This document shows positions 30,803 to 40,333 of a stretch of 64,000 nt of DNA, piece by piece. The position numbers and the translations under genes were made by a program. The DNA lies in contig JASTWF010000358.1 of NCBI GenBank assembly GCA_030390025.1, positions 124,001 to 188,000 on the forward strand, read 5' to 3'. The DNA comes from Squalus acanthias. Its lineage: Eukaryota. Numbering within the stretch: position 1 is the stretch's first letter; each line of letters starts with the position of its first letter. The notes under the pieces are model-generated. The model was not told the origin of the DNA, did no database searches, and was given only the letters and a program-made list of their open reading frames with translations.

Positions 30803-32614
30803 TCATGGGGTACTATTAGACGGTCCTGCGGCACCTACGGGGCCGGTTGCGACCGCCACCTGTCCACGCGCATTCAAGACCAGCTTGCGCATGGCTCCTA
30901 ACACTGCTTCGAGGTCGTCGGGAGGGGTGGGTGCCTTGGCTTCCTTAGCCGGGACAGGCGCCTGGGCTCGGACCGCGGGATTTTTATCCTTGGAATCCTT
31001 CCAAGGGTTCCTGCAATGCTTGCGCCAGTGCCCTGTCTTCCCACACCCGTAACAAGCATTACTTGCCTGCGGGGCGCGATTACCCTCCTGATGCCACTCT
31101 CTTTGATACGGGGCTGCGGGTCGTACCTCATGTACTCTTCCCTTAAGGGGACGTGTTGCCATACCCCTTATATTGCGATAACCTAACGTGAGTCGATTCA
31201 AGACCGACTCTTCCGTAATGTTGGGGTCATTGGGATCAAACCATGCTTTTGCCTGCTCTCTGACGGCTGGTAAACTGTTGGCTATTATGCACCTAAGCCA
31301 ATGAGTTAAAGCTAAACCTTCCACATCTTCGCGCTCGGGCGCACCTAGACAGCTGCGCTCATATACTGGCCACAGCCTGTCGGCAAAAACCTTCGGGGGT
31401 TCTCCCTCCATCTGCACTGTCTGTCCCACTCTAGCAAACGGACCTTCGTCGTTCGCCCCCAACACTTCCAGGACCTCATTCTTTAATTCCTCATAACTCT
31501 TGGTTCCCCTCTTGCTCTCGCCTGAGAGACACTGAAGGACCGAGCTGTCTAATGAGAACAGCAGCAATTTTGCTGTTTCCCCATCATCGCAGCCGTTAAT
31601 GGCTGCGGCTTGCTCAACTTCTCTGAAATGTACGGAAGGGTCGTCTGCCTCGGTCAGCTTCCGTACGTGATTTATCATAGCTCTCAGCTGATGTGAACTG
31701 TGAGGCAACACCAGCTGTCCGAGGAGATCCCCCGGTTCTTCCCCACCGTTTCTGCTTGGGCCCCTTTTAATACCCGTTACTGGATATAACGATCCCTTTC
31801 CTACTTCTTTTTCAATGGGCTCTTTTGTTTCTTCCATTGCTTCCTCCCTAACCCAGGTTTCTGAATAGCTGGGTGGCGCGGAGGGCGCAGTGGCTACTAC
31901 TTCTTCTGCTTTATTTGGTGGGGATTTTCTAAATCTCTCATTTACTAGCGGCTGGTGCGCCGACGGATTGATAAGGCACACCATGCCGTTCGCATTGTTC
32001 ACGGCCTTTTTGAGGTGCTCTATCTCCCTTTGGCAGGCGCTATGATCGGCTCCCTGAAACTTATCCTCAAGGGCCAACTTATATGCCGCCCTAACCCCCG
32101 TCAAGCTCTCTTCTTGAGTTCTTATCTGGGCAGCTTGGCGGTTACATCTTTCCTTTAACCTGCTCTCATTCAATTTTGCCTCAGTGACCTGGCACTCGAG
32201 ATAATCTATCCTTGTTTTAAGGTGACTGGAGACTTCCTGGCTTTCTTGGTGTAACTCATTTAAATTCTTAATGAGCACCTCCCCTCCAGAAACCTTCTCC
32301 TCCATTTCTCCCTCTAAATGACTGATTCGAGCTACTAGCGCTGTAATGGTCTGGTTTGAAATCTGAACCTGCCTTTTGTAACACATAAGCCAGACTGCTT
32401 TCTCAAGTGTCTTTCTATGTTCTTTACTATCTGTCCACCTTTCGGCTGCCTCTAGCGGACTTTTATCCGCTAACAATTCACTTATCCATTTCTTAGTTAG
32501 ATTAACCTTTCCAAACACATAATCCGCTATCTTTTCCTGCATAACATTTCGTACAGTCATTCCAAAATCTAACACACTACCCTCTCGCTGCCAGTGTCCT
32601 GCCGCGGTCGCCAT
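30803..32614 (-). CDS. gag: Gag polyprotein (603 aa): coiled-coil N-terminal half, late motifs, capsid-like region, one CCHC knuckle
   Basis: Position right after 5' LTR; CYGCGKTGHWRKHC at 31013-31054; PSAPPSY at 31865-31885. Confidence 0.92.
   Translation of the reverse strand: MATAAGHWQREGSVLDFGMTVRNVMQEKIADYVFGKVNLTKKWISELLADKSPLEAAERWTDSKEHRKTLEKAVWLMCYKRQVQISNQTITALVARISHLEGEMEEKVSGGEVLIKNLNELHQESQEVSSHLKTRIDYLECQVTEAKLNESRLKERCNRQAAQIRTQEESLTGVRAAYKLALEDKFQGADHSACQREIEHLKKAVNNANGMVCLINPSAHQPLVNERFRKSPPNKAEEVVATAPSAPPSYSETWVREEAMEETKEPIEKEVGKGSLYPVTGIKRGPSRNGGEEPGDLLGQLVLPHSSHQLRAMINHVRKLTEADDPSVHFREVEQAAAINGCDDGETAKLLLFSLDSSVLQCLSGESKRGTKSYEELKNEVLEVLGANDEGPFARVGQTVQMEGEPPKVFADRLWPVYERSCLGAPEREDVEGLALTHWLRCIIANSLPAVREQAKAWFDPNDPNITEESVLNRLTLGYRNIRGMATRPLKGRVHEVRPAAPYQREWHQEGNRAPQASNACYGCGKTGHWRKHCRNPWKDSKDKNPAVRAQAPVPAKEAKAPTPPDDLEAVLGAMRKLVLNARGQVAVATGPVGAAGPSNSTP
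32596..32613 (-). promoter_or_regulatory. Primer-binding site, tRNA-Ser-like
   Basis: TGGCGACCGCGGCAGGAC starts 5 nt after the LTR CA; TGGCG start and CGGCAGGA resemble the complement of vertebrate tRNA-Ser 3' ends (imperfect, from memory). Confidence 0.65.
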
Positions 32615-32618
32615 TTTC

Positions 32619-34342
32619 TGTAAGGGATTCTGACCCTGCGTGTCTCGCAGCCTGTGAGATTCACGCGGCTCTGTGCAGCCTGTATGTCAGTGCGGGTCTA
32701 GGCCTTGTTGCCTGTTCTGGTCTCCAGCCAGTCTGGGAACACTAGACACACCTGTGAGTGGTTCGAATCACTCTCCCTTACGGTTCTAGACACTGGACTT
32801 AGATGCGAGAGCAGTAATGGAGATAAAACTCATGTAGACTTGGTTTGAATGGTACGAAATGGAAAATCTTTATTGCATGATACTTAAAATTATGAAATAC
32901 ATGTCATAAGCACAGATTAATGACAGTACAATCTTACAAACAGTTATATAGTCGATCTTAGGGAAACGAGGAACGAACGGCACAAAATAAATAGGGGCAC
33001 ACATTACAAATATCCTTAATCCTTAAACCCTCCCCTATCAATATCTATCCTAAACTAGATTTCGTAGGATCTCGAGACTCATGCTCACCACTCGTGATAA
33101 CTCGGAGAAATTCCGAATAGCTGATCGGATGTTTTTCACCGCAGCACCCACGTGTCGGTCAGGAGATCTCCTGGTCCCACTTGTTTACTTGCTTCTGCTG
33201 CTCCGGCTAGCAGGCTGGACCGTCTGCTGTGATGAAGATCTATATTGGTTGGTTTAACAGGTACTCTTCGAGCACAGTTGTCGATATCGTCGATACGATA
33301 TGTTTTCACATTCCAGTTACTTTGGGCACAGTCCAGTTATCATCGATGCAATATGTTTCGTTATAAGTTCGAAGAAGTCTTCCTAGCAAGGAAAACTTGG
33401 ATAATCGACCTACAGGCGCGGTCGGGATTTACTGACCGTGGCGATGGATATGGTCTTCCTCTCTTCTCATCTCATCTCATCTCATCTCTTCTCGGGCCTT
33501 TTGGTTCCGATACCGGTTACCAATATAGGTCTTCGTTACGCGATACGAGGTAGATCCGAACGGATCAGAAAGTTCAACAGTCTTTTCAGAAGAGGCAACA
33601 GGCAAGCAGAAACCCAACTACGAGTACACAGGAGCAGCCACGAGGTTACGAATCGACCGGATAAGAGCACAGGAGCAGCCACGATGATAAGAGCAGCAAG
33701 AGAGCAAGAGAGCGAATGGACGGTTTGGAGCCTGCAATTATAGTGCAAAATCTTCCGTTTCCCGCCTAACTATAATGTCCATTCTTTTGTTTAGGGTTTG
33801 GCGCTCAAATGTCTTGTATGGGTGATCTCCGTTCTTAATGGGTTTCGGGGCTACTCGTAAATGTCTGAGTACCTGTTAATATTTCTCCCATTGTTAAATC
33901 GGTCGGTGTTCTCCCTGGAGGGGTTTGGGGCTTCCAAGTGTCCTGTATAACTACCTGCTAACGGCTCTCTCATCGTAGAGTCGTTGGGATTTTACATATT
34001 AATGTCTTTTGGATGGGCCCTTGATTACTCGGTACAATGGCTTTCCTTTGTACCTGGGAGACCGATTTCAGTATCTATGTGTATACTGCAAACCCATAAT
34101 GTCTCGTGTATTATCTTCACTGTGCTGAATCTTAATCGATCTTGCACAAATGTTTATTGGAACGCCATCTTGTCTGCCTGTTGAAAAGTCTAGAATGTTC
34201 TGTCACGAGGTGCGGCGGCCATTTTACAGGCTGCTTGTGTCCACTTTAAACCTGCCAGCATTCTACTGAAATAAAAGCTGTTTGAACGAAACTCTGTGTT
34301 TTCTCCTTATTAATAAAATCGCGATATATTGCGAATTCTACA
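32619..34342 (-). repeat. 5' LTR of provirus 1 (1724 bp)
   Basis: Same sequence as 21469-23187 apart from one extra CTCAT unit and at least two substitutions. Confidence 0.95.
33737..33767 (-). promoter_or_regulatory. Candidate LTR core promoter (GC box, ETS-like CGGAAG, TATAAT)
   Basis: Element sense GGCGGGAAACGGAAGATTTTGCACTATAAT; equivalent motif at ~39205-39235 and 57690-57720. Confidence 0.5.
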
Positions 34343-37300
34343 AGAGAGAGGCAGAGTCCCAGATAGATAGAGTCAAGAGAGATGCAGAGTCCCAGAGAGA
34401 GGCAGAGTCCCAGAGAGACAGAGTCCCAGAGAGAGGCAGCATCCCAGAGAGACAGAATCCCAGAGAGAGGCAGAGTCCCAGAGAGAAGCAGAGACTCAGA
34501 GAGAGGCTGAGTCCCAGAGAGAGGCAGTGGCCCAGAGGGGAAGAGTCCCTGAGAGAGAGAGAGAGAGTCCCAGAGAGAGGCGGAGTCTCAGAGAGACAGA
34601 GTCCCAGAGAGATACAGTCCCAGATAGACAGAGTGCCAGACAGAGAGAGAGTCCCAGAGAGACAGAGTCGCATAAAGAGGCATAGTCCCAGAAAGAGGCT
34701 GAGTCCCAGAGAGAGAGAGAGTCCCAGAGAGACACATTCCCAGAGAGAGAGAGAGAATCCCAGAGAGACAGTGTCCCAGAGACAGGCAGAGTCCCAGAGA
34801 GACAGAGTCCCAGAGATAGAGAGTGAGTCCCAGAAAGAAGCAGAGTCCCAACGATGCACCCAGAGAGAGGCAGAGACCCATAGAGACAGAGTCCCAGAGA
34901 GAGGCAGGGTCTGAGAGAGACAGAGTCCCAGAGAGAGGCAGAGACACAGAGACAAGAGTCCCAGAGAGAAGCAGAGTCTCAGAGAGACAGAGTCCCAGAG
35001 AGAAGCAAATTCTCAGACAGAAGAGTCCCAGAGAGAGAGAGATTCCCAGAAAGAGGCAGAGTCCCAGAGATACCGAGTCCCAGAGATAGGCAGAGTCTGA
35101 GAGAGACAGATTCGCAGAGAGACAGAGTCCCAGAGAGAGGCAGAGACCCCGAGAGACAGAGTCCCAGAAAGAGGCAAAGTCCCAGGGAGAGGCAGAGTCC
35201 CAGAAAGAGGCAGAGTCCCAGAGAGACAAAGTCCCAGAGAGAGGCATAGTCTCATAGAGACAGAGTCCCAGAGAGATGCAGAGTCCGAGAGAGACAGAGT
35301 CCCAGAGAGAAGCAGAGTCTCAGAGAGAGGCTGAGTCCCAGAGAGACAGAGACCCAGAGAGAGAGAGAGAGAGAGTCCAAGAGAGAAGCAGAGTCTCAGA
35401 GAGACAGAGTCCCAGAGAGATAGAGACCCAGATAGACAGATTGCCAGACAGAGAGAGAGTCCCAGAGAGACAGAGACCCAGAGAGAGAGAGAGAGAGAGA
35501 GAGTCCCAGAGAGATATAATCCCAGATAAACAGAGTGCCAGACAGAGAGAGAGTCCCAGAGAGACAGAGTCGCATAGAGAGGCGTAGTCCCAGAAAGAGG
35601 CTGAGTCCCAGAGAGAGAGAGAGTCCCAGAGAGACACATTCCCAGAGAGAGAGAGAGAATCCCAGAGAGACATAGTCCCAGAGAGAGGCAGACTCCCAGA
35701 GAGACAGAGTTCCAGATATAGGCAGAGACAGAGAGAGGCAGAGTCCCAGAGAGACACAGTCCCAGAGAGTGGCAGAGTCCCAGAGAGACAGAGTCGCAGA
35801 GAGATGCAGAATCCGAGAGAGACAGAGTCCCAGAGAGACAGAGTCCCAGCGAGATGCAGAGTCCGAGAGAGACAGAGTCCCAGAGAGAAGCAGAGTCTCA
35901 GAGAGAGGCTGAGTCCCAGAGAGACAGAGACCCAGAGAGAGAGAGAGAGAGTCCCAGAGAGAAGCAGAGTCTCAGAGAGACAGAGTCCCAGAGAGATAGA
36001 GACCCAGATAGACAGAGTGCCAAACAGAGAGAGAGTCCCAGAGAGACAGAGTCGCACAAAGAGGCATAGTCCCAGAAAGAGGCTGAGTCCCAGAGAGAGA
36101 GAGAGTCCCAGAGAGACACATTCCCAGAGAGAGAGAGAGAATCCCAGAGAGACAGAGTCCCAGAGAGAGGCAGAGTCCCAGAGAGACAGTCCCAGAGAGA
36201 GGCAGAGTCCCAGATAGACAGAGTCAAGAGAGATGCAGAGTCCCAGAGAGAGGCAGAGTCCCAGAGAGACAGAGTCCCAGAGAGAGGCAGCATCCCAGAG
36301 AGGCAGAATCCCAAAGAGAGGGAGAGTCCCAGAGAGACAGAGTCCCTGCGAGAGGCAGAATCCCAGTGAGACAGAATCCCAGAGAGAGGCAGAGTCCCAG
36401 AGAGAGGCAGTGGCCCATAGGGGAAGAGTCCCTGAGAGATGAGAGAGAGTCCCAGAGAGAGGCGGAGTCTCAGAGAGACAGAGTCCCAGAGAGATACAGT
36501 CCCAGATAGACAGAGTGCCAGACAGAGAGAGAGTCCCAGAGAGACAGAGTCGCATAAAGAGGCATAGTCCCAGAAAGAGGCTGAGTCCCAGAGAGAGAGA
36601 GAGTCCCAGAGAGACACATTCCCAGAGAGAGAGAGAGAATCCCAGAGAGACAGTGTCCCAGAGACAGGCAGAGTCCCAGAGAGACAGAGTCCCAGAGATA
36701 GAGAGAGAGTCCCAGAAAGAAGCAGAGTCCCAACGATGCACCCAGAGAGAGGCAGAGACCCATAGAGACAGAGTCCCAGAGAGAGGCAGGGTCTGAGAGA
36801 GACAGAGTCCCAGAGAGAGGCAGAGACACAGAGACAAGAGTCCCAGAGAGAAGCAGAGTCTCAGAGAAACAGAGTCCCAGAGAGAAGCAAATTCTCAGAC
36901 AGACAGTGTCCCAGAGAGAGAGAGATTCCCAGAAAGAGGCAGAGTCCTAGAGATACCGAGTCCCAGAGATAGGCAGAGTCTGAGAGAGACAGATTCGCAG
37001 AGAGACAGAGTCCCAGAGAGAGGCAGAGTCCCCGAGAGACAGAGTCCCAGAAAGAGGCAAAGTCCCAGAGAGAGGCAGAGTCCCAGAAAGAGGCAGAGTC
37101 CCAGAGAGACAGAGTCCAAGAGAGAGGCAGAGTCCCAGAGATACAGATTCCCAGAGAGAGGCAGAGTGTCAGAGAGACAGATTCCCAGAGAGTGGCAGAG
37201 TCCCAGAGAGACAGAGTCGCAGAGAGAGGCAGAGTCCCAGAGAGACAAAGTCCCAGAGAGAGGCATAGTCTCATAGAGACAGAGTCCCAGAGAGATGCAG

Positions 37301-39068
37301 AGTCCGAGAGAGACAGAGTCCCAGAGAGAAGCAGAGTCTCAGAGAGAGGCTGAGTCCCAGAGAGACAGAGACCCAGAGAGAGAGAGAGAGAGAGTCCCAG
37401 AGAGAAGCAGAGTCTCAGAGAGACAGAGTCCCAGAGAGATAGAGACCCAGATAGACAGAGTGCCAGACAGAGAGAGAGTCCCAGAGAGACAGAGACCCAG
37501 AGAGAGAGAGAGAGAGAGAGAGTCCCAGAGAGAAGCAGAGTCTCACAGAGACCGAGTCCCAGAGAGATATAATCCCAGATAAACAGAGTGCCAGAGAGAG
37601 AGAGAGTCCCAGAGAGACAGAGTCGCATAGAGAGGCGTAGTCCCAGAAAGAGGCTGAGTCCCAGAGAGAGAGAGAGTCCCAGAGAGACACATTCCCAGAG
37701 AGAGAGAGAGAATCCCAGAGAGACATAGTCCCAGAGAGAGGCAGAGTCCCAGAGAGACAGAGTTCCAGATATAGGCAGAGACAGAGAGAGGCAAAGTCCC
37801 AGAGAGACAGAGTCCCAGAGAGTGGCAGAGTCCCAGAGAGACAGAGTCGCAGAGAGAGGCAGAGTCCCAGAGAGACAAAGTCCCAGAGAGAGGCATAGTC
37901 TCATAGAGACAGAGTCCCAGAGAGATGCAGAGTCCGAGAGAGAGGCTGAGTCCCAGAGAGACAGAGACCCAGAGAGAGAGAGAGAGAGTCCCAGAGAGAA
38001 TCAGAGTCTCAGAGAGACAGAGTCCCAGAGAGATAGAGACCCAGATAGACAGAGTGCCAAACAGAGAGAGAGTCCCAGAGAGACAGAGTCGCACAAAGAG
38101 GCATAGTCCCAGAAAGAGGCTGAGTCCCAGAGAGAGAGAGAGTCCCAGAGAGAAACATTTCCAGAGAGAGAGAGAGAATCCCAGAGAGACAGAGTCCCAG
38201 AGAGAGGCAGAGTCCCAGAGAGACAGAGTCCCAGAGAGAGGCAGAGTCCCAGAGAGACAGAGTCCCAGAGAGAGGCAGAGTCCCAGAGAGACAGAGTCCC
38301 AGAGAGAGGCAGAGTCCCAGAGAGACAGAGTCCCAGAGAGAGGCAGCATCCCAGAGAGGCAGAGTCCCAAAGAGAGGGAGAGTCCCAGAGAGACAGATTC
38401 CCTGAGAGAGGCAGAATCCCAGTGAGACAGAATCCCAGAGAGAGGCAGAGTCCCAGAGAGAAGCAGAGACTCAGAGAGAGGCTGAGTCCCAGAGAGAGGC
38501 AGTGTCCCAGAGGGGAAGAGTCCCTGAGAGAGAGAGAGAGTCCCAGAGAGAAGCCGAGTCTCAGAGAGACAGAGTCCCAGAGAGATACAGTCCCAGATAG
38601 ACAGAGTGCCAGACAGAGAGAGAGTCCCAGAGAGACAGAGTCGCATAAAGAGGCATAGTCCCAGAAAGAGGCTGAGTCCCAGAGAGAGAGAGAGTCCCAG
38701 AGAGACACATTCCCAGAAAGAGAGAGAGAATCCCAGAGAGACAGAGTCCCAGAGACAGGCAGAGTCCCAGAGAGACAGAGTCCCAGAGAGAGGCAGAGTC
38801 CCAGATAGACAGAGTCAAGAGAGATGCACAGTCCCAGAGAGAGGCAGAGTCCCAGAGCGAGGAAGTGTCCCAGAGAGACAGAGTCCCAGAGAGAGGCAGC
38901 ATCCCAGAGAGGCAGAGTCCCAGAGAGAGGGAGAGTCCCAGAGAGACAGAGTCCCTGAGAGAGGCAGAGTCCCAGTGAGACAGAATCCCAGAGAGTGGCA
39001 GTGTCCCAGAGGGACAGAGTCCCAGAGAGAGGCAAAGTCCCATTGAGACAGAGTCCCAGAGAGAGGCA
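34343..39068 (+). repeat. 18-bp satellite array, block B, containing a ~1.88-kb duplication
   Basis: Same monomer; marker CAACGATGCACCC at ~34850 and ~36731; paired artefact ORFs offset by 1882 bp. Confidence 0.95.
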
Positions 39069-40333
39069 GACCGATTAAACAATGGGAAAAGTATTAACAG
39101 GTACTCAGACAATTACGAGTATCCCCGAAACCCATTAAAACGGAGATCACCCGATACAAGAAATTTGAGCGCCAAACCCTAACAAAAGAAAAGACATTAA
39201 GGTTGGGCGGGAAAAGGAAGATTTTGCACTATAACTGCAAGCTCCAACCGTCCATCTTTCTCTTATCCTCGTATTCGGTTGACTCTTATCCTCGTGGCTG
39301 CTCCTGTTGCTCTTATCCTTTCGACTCCTTGCCGCCTGCCTCGTGTATTTGCCTCTTGCAGCTTTGAAAGACTGTTGAACTTTACGATCCGCTTGGATCT
39401 ACCTCGTGGCGTGCCGCGAAGATCTGTGTGGAACTGGGCTCTGAAGCCTTGAAGCGGGCGCACCATCCCGATAAGTCGGTAAACGGTGTTGGAACCGAAG
39501 GCCCGAGATGAGATGAGATGAGATGAGAAGAGAAGAAGACCATACGTATCGCCACGGTCAGTAAGCTCCGACCGCGCCTGTAGGTCGAATAGACACTTTC
39601 CTTGCCCAGGAAGACTTTCTTTTGAGTTTTATAGAACTGGCACAGGAAGACTATTCTTCGAATTTTATCGTATCTGTGCGAGGGCACAGGAAGACTCTTC
39701 TTTGAGCAGTGTCGGAACTCCGAGGACAACACAGATCTTCATGACAGCAGATGTTCCAGCCTGCTAGCCGGAGCAGAAACGAGTAAACAAGTGGGGTACA
39801 GAGACCCCTGATCGACACGTGGGTGCTGCGGTGAAAAACATCCGATCAGAGTTTTCGGAATTCTCCGAGTTATCACGAGTGGTGAGCATGAGTCTCGATC
39901 CTACAAATCTAGCTTAGGGCAGATATTGATAGGGGAGGGTTTAAGTTTTAAGGATAATTGTAATGTATGCCCCCATTTACGATGTGTCGTTCGTTCCTCG
40001 TTTCCCTGAAATTAGTTACATAACTGCGTGTAAGATTGTACTGTCATGAATCTGTGCTTATGACGTGTATTTCGTAATCTTAAATAAAATGCAATAAAGA
40101 TTTTCCATTTCGTACCATTCAACCGGGTCTACCTGAGTTTTATCTCCTTCACTGCTCTCGCATCTAAGTCCAGTGTCAGAACCGTAAGGGCGAGTGGGTC
40201 GAAACACTCACAGGTGTCTAGTGCTCCCAGACTGGCTGGAGACCAGAACAGGTAACAAGGCCTAAACCCGCACTAGCATCCAGGCTGAACAGAGCCACAC
40301 GAATCTCACAGGTTCAGAGAGAAAACCCTTACA
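39069..40333 (+). mobile_element. 5'-truncated lone LTR of the same family (third LTR variant)
   Basis: Starts at GACCGATTAAACAATGGG (equivalent to ~57555), ends at intact CCCTTACA, followed directly by satellite with no PBS. Confidence 0.92.

Larger units (their letters stand above)
21469..34342 (-). mobile_element. Full-length endogenous retrovirus-like provirus, lokiretrovirus-like (LTR-gag-pol-orfX-env-LTR)
   Basis: Two ~1.72-kb direct repeats with TG...CA ends, 4-bp AGAG flanks (21465-21468, 34343-34346), PBS, PPT and open gag, pol and env frames. Confidence 0.95.

Noticed and set aside
30803..30805. Selenocysteine recoding of the gag UGA
   Set aside because: No SECIS recognised by eye, and the CUAG context already explains readthrough.
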